From positions 1 to 27,441 of the IMG/VR virus record IMGVR_UViG_3300012942_000118: a DNA stretch of 27,441 nucleotides; one strand, written 5' to 3'. Of the stretch, positions 7,863 to 16,841 are shown piece after piece. Made by a program: the position numbers and the translations under genes. The DNA comes from a virus. Lineage: Duplodnaviria > Caudoviricetes. Position 1 is the first letter of the stretch; each line of letters starts with the position of its first letter. Under the pieces are notes generated by a model, which saw only the letters and a list, made by a program, of their open reading frames with translations, was not told the origin of the DNA and ran no database searches.

Positions 7863-9329
7863 ATGTCTGACCTCACCGAGATCAGCGCCGAAACGCTCGA
7901 CGCGATCAAGAAGGCCACCACCGCCGGCGTGAACAGCTCGACCGGCTTGCAGGGCGTTGACCTCTCCGACGTCATCTCCCTCATCCCGATCAACACGCCG
8001 TTCTTCGACTCGCTGGCGCACACCAGCCCCACTGAGGGTGCGACGCTCGCCCAGTGGAAGGCGCTCGTCAACGTCAACGAGACGCAGCCCGACCCGAGCA
8101 TCGGTTTCGACTACGCCGGCAACCTGGCGAACATCGACGAGCTGGACGTCGGCGCGTATTTCAAGCCGCTGGCGATGGGCTACACCGTCACCCAGGACTC
8201 GATCAACCTCGCGAAGGGTTACGCCGACGCGAAGGCCATCGCGATCAACAACGCGCTTCTGCAGTGGAAGCTCGGCGCTGACCGCAAGGCTCTCGGAGGC
8301 CAGAACTTCGCGCTCAGTCTTCCGGGCACGCCGAACCTGGTCGCTTCGGCTACGGGCGGTTCGATCGCCGCTTCGACGACTGTCACCGTGCAGGTCGCGG
8401 CGAAGACCCTGTCGAACTACAACTACGGCGGTTCGACCGCGGCCACCACGGCCGGTTCGGTCACTACCGCGTCCGGCGGCGACACCAACTCGGTCGTCGC
8501 GACGTGGACGGAGTCGGTCGGCGCGGTCGCCTACGACGTGTACGTGGCCGGTTTCTACTACACCACCGTGACGACCAACAAGGTCACCGTCACCTCAGTG
8601 CCGACACAGAACGCGGCCACCGTGCCGAACCTGCCCGGCCTGTACCGCACCGCACCCACCGCGGTGCCCGCAACCGACTCAAGCGCGAAGGCGAACGACT
8701 TCAACGGTCTCCTCGCCTCGCTCGCCGGCGACTACGCCAGCGGCGGCGCGTTCGGTCTGCTCACCCACGGTTCGGGCGTGTCCTCGGGTGCCAAGCACCT
8801 GACCCTCGACGGTGCATCGTTCACCGTCAACGGCCAGAACGTCAGCGAGCTGGATGAGCTGTTCGGTCTGATCTACAACGACGTGCAGCTGTCCCCCGAC
8901 GAGCTGCTCATGTCGTCGGATCTCGCGTCGTCGATCAGCTCGGCGGTCCTGTCGAACGGTTCCGGCTACACCACGTTCGCGCCGAACAACGTGGCTGAGC
9001 GTCAGGACGTGATCCTGGGTGGCTTCGCCGCGTACTACATCAACAAGGCGGCGGGCGGCACCCCGGTGAAGATCTCGGTGCAGCCGAACCTCGCTTCGGG
9101 CACGGTCATCGCGAAGACGAACTCGGTGCCGTTCCCGAACAGCAACATCACCAACACGGTGGAGCTGCGGGACCTGCAGCCGGTGAGCGATTACGAGTAC
9201 GGCACCAGCCGTCAGGCCGGTGTTGCCGGTGGCGGTCCTCGCTTCGACGGGGAGACCCGCTCGCTGACCACGTTCATCAACCGCGCCCCTGTGGCGATGG
9301 GCTGGATCTCGAACGTGGCTGTCGCGTAA
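7863..9329 (+). CDS. Major capsid protein with inserted Ig/FN3-like domain
   Basis: Position after scaffold, GAAGGAG RBS, DLS..ISLIPINTPF start; insert PGTP...GGSIAAS...VQVAA...W..SVGAVAYDVY. Confidence 0.85.
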   Translation: MSDLTEISAETLDAIKKATTAGVNSSTGLQGVDLSDVISLIPINTPFFDSLAHTSPTEGATLAQWKALVNVNETQPDPSIGFDYAGNLANIDELDVGAYFKPLAMGYTVTQDSINLAKGYADAKAIAINNALLQWKLGADRKALGGQNFALSLPGTPNLVASATGGSIAASTTVTVQVAAKTLSNYNYGGSTAATTAGSVTTASGGDTNSVVATWTESVGAVAYDVYVAGFYYTTVTTNKVTVTSVPTQNAATVPNLPGLYRTAPTAVPATDSSAKANDFNGLLASLAGDYASGGAFGLLTHGSGVSSGAKHLTLDGASFTVNGQNVSELDELFGLIYNDVQLSPDELLMSSDLASSISSAVLSNGSGYTTFAPNNVAERQDVILGGFAAYYINKAAGGTPVKISVQPNLASGTVIAKTNSVPFPNSNITNTVELRDLQPVSDYEYGTSRQAGVAGGGPRFDGETRSLTTFINRAPVAMGWISNVAVA

Positions 9330-9338
9330 CACCCCTCT

Positions 9339-9375
9339 TGCGGGCCGGTCGGATTTCCCTACCGACCGGCCCGCA
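9339..9375 (+). terminator. 14-bp perfect hairpin after capsid gene
   Basis: TGCGGGCCGGTCGG-atttcccta-CCGACCGGCCCGCA; no U-tail. Confidence 0.6.
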
Positions 9376-9400
9376 CCCCGAGCCTGAAAGGAACACTCCC

Positions 9401-9676
9401 ATGCTGCTGAAGCACGACACCGCCACATCGGTTGGCACACCCCAGGGCGAGGTAACCCCGGATGAGCACGGCATCTTCGAGGTGCCGAACGAGATCGCCC
9501 ATTGGCTGATCCGCACCCTCGGTTTCAAGCAGGTTGCGAAGCGTCCCTCGCACGCCGCGCCCGAGCTGACCGACGAAGAGAAGGCCGCGAAGGCTGAGGC
9601 CGACAAGACGGCCGCCACCACGACTCCCGCCACGCCGACCCCGGCGACCGCGGCCAAGAGCGCCAAGAGCGCCTAA
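9401..9676 (+). CDS. Small head-associated hypothetical protein
   Basis: GAAAGGA RBS before ATG 9401; D.HGIFEVP.E.A..L motif and A/T/P/K-rich tail typical of post-capsid genes. Confidence 0.75.
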   Translation: MLLKHDTATSVGTPQGEVTPDEHGIFEVPNEIAHWLIRTLGFKQVAKRPSHAAPELTDEEKAAKAEADKTAATTTPATPTPATAAKSAKSA

Positions 9677-9680
9677 CAAC

Positions 9681-9714
9681 TCCCGCCCGGACGCGTCAGC
9701 CCGTCCGGGCGGGA
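9681..9714 (+). terminator. 13-bp perfect hairpin
   Basis: TCCCGCCCGGACG-cgtcagcc-CGTCCGGGCGGGA, intergenic. Confidence 0.6.
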
Positions 9715-9736
9715 CACCAACATAAGAGGGGGAAAC

Positions 9737-10618
9737 GTGGCAGAGCCGATCTTCGCACCCTACGTGCCGACCTACGCCAACCGCACCCCCTACATCACCC
9801 CCGCAGAGTTCAGCTCCGCCGGGACCGGCGTGAACGTCTCCCAGATCATCCCCGGCGCGTCGACCGTCGCGAACGCTGACGCTTTGGCGCAGATCATCGC
9901 CCGCGCCTCGTCCATCGCTGATGACTTCTGCCATCAGGTGCTCGCCGCGACGGTAGACACGGTGTCGGGCGCGTACCGGGTTCAACGCGACGGCACGCTG
10001 AAAGTGTCGGCCCCGTTCACCCCTGTGGTGTCGGTGAATCAGATCCAGTTGGGCCGCGAACCGTCCGCGCTCACCGAACTGTCCGACCTGTCGAAGGTGT
10101 GGATCGACCAGAAGATCATCACGATCCCCCTCGCCGGGTTCCAAGCCCGCGGCGGCTACTGGTCGCGACCCGACCGCATGTTCGCGGTCATCCAGTACGT
10201 CAACGGGTGGGCGAACACGCTCACCACCGACGCGGTGGGTAAGTCCACCAGTGTCATCCCCGTCCTGTCGACGGTCGGTATCGCCCCGGGCATGCAGATG
10301 ACCGTCTACGACATCGGCAACGGCCAGTCAGAGCAGATCATCGTCGCCTCCACCACGGACACCACGATCACCACCGCAACCCCGCTCTCGTTCGTGCACG
10401 ACACCGGCGTTGCCGTGTCCGCACTGCCACCATTCGTGAAACAGGCGGTCGTGCACATCACCGCCGGCCTGATCAAGTCCCGCGGCGTGCAAGCGATCGT
10501 CATGCCCCCGTTGGGTCAACAGCCGAAGCAGGAGACCGGGTACGGCGCGACCGGCACCGGGAAGGCTGAGATGGATCGCGCCGCGCAACTCCTCGCCCCG
10601 ATTGTGAGGACCTGGTGA
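9737..10618 (+). CDS. Head-tail adaptor/connector protein (enlarged)
   Basis: PYITPAEF, IIARASSIADDFC, Y.NGW, LPPFVKQAV, A.QLLAP motifs; position after capsid; GAGGGG RBS. Confidence 0.75.
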   Translation: MAEPIFAPYVPTYANRTPYITPAEFSSAGTGVNVSQIIPGASTVANADALAQIIARASSIADDFCHQVLAATVDTVSGAYRVQRDGTLKVSAPFTPVVSVNQIQLGREPSALTELSDLSKVWIDQKIITIPLAGFQARGGYWSRPDRMFAVIQYVNGWANTLTTDAVGKSTSVIPVLSTVGIAPGMQMTVYDIGNGQSEQIIVASTTDTTITTATPLSFVHDTGVAVSALPPFVKQAVVHITAGLIKSRGVQAIVMPPLGQQPKQETGYGATGTGKAEMDRAAQLLAPIVRTW

Positions 10619-11124
10619 GCGACGCGGCCGTCCGCTCCGCCCTGCAAACGTTCTTCCAGGGTGCTGGCATCGCCGGGCTCACGAAGGTGTACCCGGACTA
10701 CCCGTGGTTCATCGACGGCGCCACCTGGCAGTTCTCCGGCTCCACATCATCCTGGGGTGTCGTCGCGTACATCCACCTGGACACCGGCCAGGACCAACGG
10801 CTCAGCGTCGAATGGAACGGTCCACGGTTCCGGCACCACGTCGTGTCCTTGGTGCTCATGTACCAGTTCCTCATCCCCGACCAGATCCCGGCCGGGCAAG
10901 ACGAATCGATGTGGGTGGCACCGTTGGACGCCCTCATGGACGGGTGCATGACGGCGATCCGCTCCGCGCCGACGCTGAACGACCCGAACGTGGTGTTCCA
11001 GTCGGCGCAGAACCTCACGGACATCAACACGGAGCGCGAACTCCCGACCCAGAACAACGGGGTCATCAACTCATGGAACCGCATCGAGTTCCACGTCGAC
11101 GAAGTCATTCAGGGGCAGGCATGA
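10615..11124 (+). CDS. Probable tail terminator protein
   Basis: VRSALQTFF start, AIRSAPTL motif, size and position before major tail; GTGA coupling. Confidence 0.6.
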   Translation: MSDAAVRSALQTFFQGAGIAGLTKVYPDYPWFIDGATWQFSGSTSSWGVVAYIHLDTGQDQRLSVEWNGPRFRHHVVSLVLMYQFLIPDQIPAGQDESMWVAPLDALMDGCMTAIRSAPTLNDPNVVFQSAQNLTDINTERELPTQNNGVINSWNRIEFHVDEVIQGQA

Positions 11125-11507
11125 GCAAGTACACGTTCACGGGCGCGAACGCCCACATCCTCTCGGGCCTGATCTACGGCTCGAACGTCACCGTCACCCG
11201 GAACGGTGCTGTGGTCAACGGTCAGGGCACCGTGGTCGGTCAGCCGGGCGACGTGATCGAGACGACGAACCCGTACCTCTCCGCGCTGCTCACCGAGCAG
11301 ACGGACGCGACCGCACCGGAGACGCCCGCCGCGACCGTGGAGACCCCGACCGCGACGCCGGATGCCGCCGAGCAGGCCGTCGCCGCGGCGCAGAAAGCCG
11401 CCGATGACGCCGCTGCTGCTCTCGCCGAGGCGGAGAAAGCCGCGGAAGCAGAACACCCAACTGAGACGGCCGCGCCGTCCACCACCTCGAACGGAGTGAG
11501 CGCATGA
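11121..11507 (+). CDS. Hypothetical virion-associated protein (Ala/Thr/Glu-rich C-terminus)
   Basis: ATGA overlaps at both ends; the longer 10704 ORF call is an upstream extension overlapping the previous gene. Confidence 0.75.
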   Translation: MSKYTFTGANAHILSGLIYGSNVTVTRNGAVVNGQGTVVGQPGDVIETTNPYLSALLTEQTDATAPETPAATVETPTATPDAAEQAVAAAQKAADDAAAALAEAEKAAEAEHPTETAAPSTTSNGVSA

Positions 11508-12481
11508 CCGTCGAAACGACGAACGTTTACGCAAGCAATTACCAGTGGCTTGGTATCGCACTGGAAGACTCATGGGGCGTCGCCCCCGCCGGCCCGACCG
11601 CGTGGATCCCGGTCACGTCCCCGACCTACACGCCCGTCCCACAGCTCCTGTCCGACCAGGCCCTGCGTGGCATGAACGGTGTGGACTACGGCCAGCAGAT
11701 CGGCATGATCACCTCCACGTTCTCGTACACCACGTACCTGTACGCGGATAGCGTGTTCTCGCATTTGGCGGCGATCCTCGGCCCGGACACGGTGACCGGC
11801 GACACTGCCCCATACACGCACACGGCGAGCCTGTTGAACAACGGCCAGCCGCCGTCGTACACCCTGTTCTACAACGACGGGTCGGGTTCGCTGCTGCCCA
11901 TCTCGGGTGCCAAGGCTTCGTCCGTGAAGTTCACGATCAAGTCCGGCGGTCTTGTGGAACTGGCCGTGTCCTGGGTGGCGAAGAAAGCCGGCGACCCGGT
12001 TACGGGCGTCAACACCCCGACGACGGCGATTCCCATGCCCGCGTGGACGGCGCTCATCAGCATCGCCGGGAACCAGTACACGAAGTACTCCGAGGTTGAC
12101 TGGGAGTTCAAGCGTGCCACCGCGCCGATCACCGCGCTCACCGGCACGCAGGACCCGTCCGCGATCTTCGCGCCCGGCCTTGAGGTCGACGGCACGTTCA
12201 CTGGCATCTACCAGGGCGTCACGGACAACGACTATGCGAACTTCCTCGCGAACACGCAGCCGGGCATGTCGATCGTCGTCACGAACCAGAACGACGACAC
12301 CCACAGCCTGACCTTGCAGTTCTCGCAGATCGCCTACCAGGTCGCCTCGTTCTCCGCCTCCTCCAACTACATGGAGGTCAAGGCGACGACGAAGGCGCTC
12401 ATGAACACGACCGACGCGACGGACGGCGAAATGTCCCCCGCGAAGGCGATCCTCATCTCCACCCAATCTACCGCTTTCTAA
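11504..12481 (+). CDS. Major tail (tube) protein
   Basis: WLGIALEDSWGVAP, YTHT, PPSYTL motifs of phage tail tube proteins; precedes chaperone and TMP. Confidence 0.88.
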   Translation: MTVETTNVYASNYQWLGIALEDSWGVAPAGPTAWIPVTSPTYTPVPQLLSDQALRGMNGVDYGQQIGMITSTFSYTTYLYADSVFSHLAAILGPDTVTGDTAPYTHTASLLNNGQPPSYTLFYNDGSGSLLPISGAKASSVKFTIKSGGLVELAVSWVAKKAGDPVTGVNTPTTAIPMPAWTALISIAGNQYTKYSEVDWEFKRATAPITALTGTQDPSAIFAPGLEVDGTFTGIYQGVTDNDYANFLANTQPGMSIVVTNQNDDTHSLTLQFSQIAYQVASFSASSNYMEVKATTKALMNTTDATDGEMSPAKAILISTQSTAF

Positions 12482-12489
12482 GGAACACC

Positions 12490-12972
12490 ATGGCTGACAA
12501 GACTTCTGAGGACCTGACCCGGCTCAAGCTTCCCAAGGGCGGTGTGGCGACGTTCTGGAAGGCAGACGACCTGCCGACCCGCCGTTCGATCCAGTTGGAG
12601 GAATCGTCGCTGACGATCCCGAAGGCACCCACGCGCGCGTATCTCGCCGCTCTTGCGGAAGCGAAGAAAACCCACCCGGGCCTGTCTGATGACGAACTGG
12701 TGAAGCAGGGGCACGTGTCCCTGCCCGAGTACACGCCTGAGGAAGCGCGCCTTCAGTCACAGCATGGCCTGTTGACCGCGGTGCTCTACCTCAAGTCGTG
12801 GACCCGCGACGCGAAGCTGCCCGAAACGGTTGACGAACTGCTCGACCTGCCCCGCGGCGACTTCGAAGCGATCCGCCAGCACGTGCGGAAGATCCAGCAG
12901 GCGGACAAGTCGAACACCACCGAGTTCACCGACGCGTCGGTTGAGGACCCGGAGTCCCCTACAACGCTCTGA
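12490..12972 (+). CDS. Tail assembly chaperone (G)
   Basis: Between tail tube and TMP; LKSWT..LP...DELLDLP, ends ESPTTL; AAGGA RBS. Confidence 0.82.
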   Translation: MADKTSEDLTRLKLPKGGVATFWKADDLPTRRSIQLEESSLTIPKAPTRAYLAALAEAKKTHPGLSDDELVKQGHVSLPEYTPEEARLQSQHGLLTAVLYLKSWTRDAKLPETVDELLDLPRGDFEAIRQHVRKIQQADKSNTTEFTDASVEDPESPTTL

Positions 12973-13181
12973 GGATCCTCGGCCGGATCTTCAGAGGCAC
13001 GGATACCCCGTTAGACGCTGAGGCGTTGCCGCGTCGGGTGGCGCTCGCCACTCAGGAATACCAGTTCCGCAAACTCATCCCGATGACGCATGAGCAGTAC
13101 TTGGACGAACCGGTGTGGAACGTCCGGTTCTTCCTCAAGTTGAAAGGGCTGGAGAACGAGATCAAGGCGGAACGCAAGTGA
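12957..13181 (+). CDS. Tail assembly chaperone -1 frame extension (T part of GT fusion); absent from ORF track
   Basis: -1 frame open 12945-13181: PYNALRILGRIF...MTHEQYLDEPVWNVRFFLKL...AERK*; stop overlaps next GTG. Confidence 0.75.
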   Translation, partial: PYNALRILGRIFRGTDTPLDAEALPRRVALATQEYQFRKLIPMTHEQYLDEPVWNVRFFLKLKGLENEIKAERK

Positions 13182-13612
13182 CTCACTGGGTTGGCATCGA
13201 CCGTCTCGAGGCGGCACTGACGGCGATGGGCGACAAGGCGCAGTCCGCGGCGAAGACCATCGTCACGAAGTCGTCAGCCGTGCTCGTGAAAGCGGAGAAG
13301 CAGGGCTTCCAGGGTTCGCACCCGCGGAACATGCCTCACGTCGGCGGTTCTGCCCCGAACGTCGTCTCGGGTGATCTGAGGCGGTACATTCGCATGGATG
13401 GCGTGAAGCAGTACGGCGTCGCCGCGTACCGCGCCAACGTCGGTCCCAGCTTGGTTTACGCGCGCCGTATCGAGCTCGGGTTCTTCGGTGCCGACCGCCT
13501 GGGGCGGAAGTACCACCAGCCGCCGTTCCCGTACGTCAAACCGGCAACCGTGACCGCGCGGCCGCTCATGGATCAGATCGCACGTCAGGAATGGGCGAAA
13601 GTCCTCCACTAA
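13178..13612 (+). CDS. HK97 gp10-like tail completion/neck protein
   Basis: W.GIDRLEAAL, PNVVSGDLRRYI, VGPSLVYARRIELG, PPFPYVKPA motifs; GTGA coupling gives start 13178. Confidence 0.85.
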   Translation: MTHWVGIDRLEAALTAMGDKAQSAAKTIVTKSSAVLVKAEKQGFQGSHPRNMPHVGGSAPNVVSGDLRRYIRMDGVKQYGVAAYRANVGPSLVYARRIELGFFGADRLGRKYHQPPFPYVKPATVTARPLMDQIARQEWAKVLH

Positions 13613-13631
13613 CTGAACACAGGGGGTCGCC

Positions 13632-16600
13632 GTGGCCGATCAGGATGGCGTCCTCTTCGAACTCGCGGCCAACGCGGCCGACTTCATCGACGCGATCAAG
13701 CGGGCCGTCAGCGCCGTGCGCGACATGGCCGTGGACACGGACGCATCCGCGGACGCGGTCAGCGCCTCCATCGACGGGATGGCTGCTGACGCGTCCGCGG
13801 CCTCCGACGACATCAGCGCATCCATGGATGACGTCGCCGCGTCGGTGGATACCGCGGCCACCGCCGTTGACGCCGCCGCCGCTGATATGTCGGTGGCGTA
13901 CGACCGTGAAGCGGAATCCGCCCGCTCAACAGCGGACACGATCACGCGCACCGCCGCGGAGCAAGCTGCCGCGCAGAAGGCCGCCGCCGAGGCCGCGAAC
14001 GAGGCCGCAGACCAGCAGGTTGAGGCGGCCGAGAAGGTTCGCGCCGCGAACGAAGCGGAAGGCACACCGGACAAGTCGTCGGGTGGGTTCGGTGGTGAAT
14101 CGGGTTCGGTCCCCATCGGCAGGATCGGCACTCTCGGGACCGCCCTCACGGCTGCGGTACCCGCTGCTGCGGGTCTCGTGAACGAGCTGATGGCGCTGGT
14201 CGGCGGTGCGCTTGCTGTCGCCCCGGCCGCGCTTGCAGGGCTCGCCGCGGGGGTTGGTGCGGTGACCCTCGCGTTCAAGGGCATGGCCGCGTCGACCGAC
14301 CCGGCGGCGAAGTCTGTCATGGCGTCGGTGGACGAGATGAAGTCCGCGATGGCCGGCATGGAGAAGACCACATCCGCCGCTCTCGCGGAAGGTCTCGCCG
14401 GACCGTTGAAGCAGCTCACCGCAACCCTGATCCCTCAGCTGAAGGTCGGGTTGACGGACATTGCCGGGGTTGCGGGCACCGCGCTCGGTGGCGTCGCCAC
14501 GACCCTCGCCGCCGCGTTCGGTAACAACCGCCTGCAAACGTTCCTCGGGCAGGTCGCAACCGCGTTCACGGTCATCCAACCGGGCCTCAACGCCGTCGCG
14601 AACGGGTTCGCGAGCCTCATGGTCGCCGGCGGCCGGTACCTGCCGATGATCGCCCAGTTCGTGTCTCAGATCGGCGTGAGCTTCGGTTCGTGGCTGTCGG
14701 AGTTGAACATCGGCCCGATCATCCAGAACGCCGTCACCGCGTTCAAGGGCCTCGAAGGGACCGTCGAGAGCGTATTCGCACTCGTCGGGAACCTGTGGAA
14801 GATCCTCTCTTCCGCCGCGCCCACCGGGCTGGCGATGCTGCAATCCGCCCTCACCGACATCTCGAACCTGCTCGCCTCACCCGCAGTGTCTAAGGGACTG
14901 TCGGCCATGTTCACGGGTGCTGCCGTGGCGGTGAACACGGTCCTCACCGCGTTCCAGTCACTCACCCCCCTCGTCAGCACGCTCGGCTACGCGATCGGGC
15001 AAGTCGTTGTGACGATCTCTCCGTTCGTCGCGGCACTGGTCAAAGACCTGGCACCTGCAATCGCTACCATCATCACGTCGCTCCTGCCGCCGCTCATCAG
15101 CGCATTCGAGCAGGTCGCTCCCGTGGTCGAGGCCGCGGTCGGCCCGTTCATGCAGATCGCGGCGACCGTCGCATCCGTGCTCGGCCCGGCGCTGCAAACC
15201 CTCGGCCCCTACTTCGTAGACGCCGCAGCAGCCATCGGCGCGATTGTGGTGGCAATCAAGGCGTGGGCAGTCGTACAAGCCATCATCAACGCGCTGATGG
15301 ACGCAAACCCTATCGGTCTGGTCATCGCAGCTGTCGCCGCTCTCGCGATCGGCGTCACCGTGCTGGTGCAGCACTGGTCGCAAGTGTCCGACTTCCTCAA
15401 CACCGTATTCGGGCCCTCCCTGAGGGTCGTGGAGTCGGTATTCCACGACGTGGTCGGCTGGATCACCTCGACCGCTGTGGGCGTGTTCGACCGTGTCATC
15501 TCGGCATGGTCGTCGTTCACCGGGTGGGTGTCCGGGTTCGTGTCCGGCATTGTCGGGTTCTTCCAGCAGTGGGGGCCCGACATTCTCGCCGCGGTCGCAC
15601 CGGTCATCGGCGTCCCGATGCTCATCATCCAGCACTGGTCGCAGATCAGCGCGTTCTTCACCGAACTGCCCTCAAAAATCATGGGCGCGCTCGGCGATGT
15701 GGGCAACTGGCTCGTGAAGGCCGGTGAGGATCTCCTTACCGGCTGGGTGGACGGCATGATCGTCGGGTTCGTCCTGATCAAAGACCTGCTGATCACATGG
15801 CCGACGAAGATCCCCGGCCTGCTCGCTGACGCGGGGATCTGGCTGGTGAAGACGGGCGTCACGCTCATCACCGGTATGGTCAACGGCATCGTCTCGGCGT
15901 GGCCGAAGATCACAGCCTGGTTCGCATCCCTGCCCGGCAAGATCCTCTCATCCCTCACCACAGCGGGCCGGTGGCTGCTCACCGTGGGCGAGAACGTGCT
16001 GCACGGGTTCGTGACCGGAACGGACGACGGGTACAAGTCCGCATCCGCGTGGTTCACGTCCCTGCCGGGGAAGATCCTCGACCTGCTCGACGACGCCGGC
16101 TCGTGGCTGATCAGCATCGGCAAGGACACCCTGTTCGGGTTCCTCGACGGTGTCACCAACGAGTACACGTCCATCGCGTCGTGGATGGGCCAACTGCCCG
16201 CACGCCTCGAAGCGTACGGCGCGGACGCGCTCACCTGGCTTGAGCAGACCGGTCAGCACATGATCCAGGGGTTCAAGAACGGCATCACGGACAACTGGAA
16301 CCTCATCATCTCCACGGTGACGCAGTTCCCGTCCGAGATCGAGGGTGCGCTGACGGGTGCGGGCACATGGCTGGTTGATACGGGTGAGCAGATCGTCAAC
16401 GGTCTGAAAACCGGTATCGAGAACATGTGGTCCGGGTTCACCGGGTGGATTCAGGCGCAGATCAACACGATTCCCGCCGCGGTCCGCAAGGTGCTCGGCA
16501 TCGCGTCCCCGTCGAAGGTGTTCGCTGAGATCGGCATGTACACGGTGCAGGGCCTCGCGGGGGGCATCACCGGCAACCTGTCCATGATCGACGCGGCGAT

Positions 16601-16841
16601 GACCGCCTTGTCAGGGAAGGTCGCTAGCCCGAACCTCAGCGCGGCTGTGAGCCTCAACCCGACCGTGGGCGCGTACCGGCCCAACACGGCCGGGTCGACG
16701 TCAACGGCAGCGAACACGGCGACCTCGAGCATGGTGGGCGGGAAGGTCGTGAACATCAACGTGACCGCTCAGACGAACGCCTCGGCGACGAACATCGCGA
16801 GTCAGATCGGCTGGGTTGCCAAGACCTCGGGGGGCATCTGA
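13632..16841 (+). CDS. Tape measure protein
   Basis: 1069 aa, Ala-rich helical, ANPIGLVIAAVAAL, periodic Trp repeats, LGIASPSKVF motif. Confidence 0.96.
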   Translation: MADQDGVLFELAANAADFIDAIKRAVSAVRDMAVDTDASADAVSASIDGMAADASAASDDISASMDDVAASVDTAATAVDAAAADMSVAYDREAESARSTADTITRTAAEQAAAQKAAAEAANEAADQQVEAAEKVRAANEAEGTPDKSSGGFGGESGSVPIGRIGTLGTALTAAVPAAAGLVNELMALVGGALAVAPAALAGLAAGVGAVTLAFKGMAASTDPAAKSVMASVDEMKSAMAGMEKTTSAALAEGLAGPLKQLTATLIPQLKVGLTDIAGVAGTALGGVATTLAAAFGNNRLQTFLGQVATAFTVIQPGLNAVANGFASLMVAGGRYLPMIAQFVSQIGVSFGSWLSELNIGPIIQNAVTAFKGLEGTVESVFALVGNLWKILSSAAPTGLAMLQSALTDISNLLASPAVSKGLSAMFTGAAVAVNTVLTAFQSLTPLVSTLGYAIGQVVVTISPFVAALVKDLAPAIATIITSLLPPLISAFEQVAPVVEAAVGPFMQIAATVASVLGPALQTLGPYFVDAAAAIGAIVVAIKAWAVVQAIINALMDANPIGLVIAAVAALAIGVTVLVQHWSQVSDFLNTVFGPSLRVVESVFHDVVGWITSTAVGVFDRVISAWSSFTGWVSGFVSGIVGFFQQWGPDILAAVAPVIGVPMLIIQHWSQISAFFTELPSKIMGALGDVGNWLVKAGEDLLTGWVDGMIVGFVLIKDLLITWPTKIPGLLADAGIWLVKTGVTLITGMVNGIVSAWPKITAWFASLPGKILSSLTTAGRWLLTVGENVLHGFVTGTDDGYKSASAWFTSLPGKILDLLDDAGSWLISIGKDTLFGFLDGVTNEYTSIASWMGQLPARLEAYGADALTWLEQTGQHMIQGFKNGITDNWNLIISTVTQFPSEIEGALTGAGTWLVDTGEQIVNGLKTGIENMWSGFTGWIQAQINTIPAAVRKVLGIASPSKVFAEIGMYTVQGLAGGITGNLSMIDAAMTALSGKVASPNLSAAVSLNPTVGAYRPNTAGSTSTAANTATSSMVGGKVVNINVTAQTNASATNIASQIGWVAKTSGGI
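15650..16450 (+). repeat. Degenerate ~44-aa (132-nt) tandem repeats in TMP (approximate bounds)
   Basis: WFASLPGKIL at 15918 and WFTSLPGKIL at 16050 are 132 nt apart; recurring AG.WL..G motifs. Confidence 0.75.
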
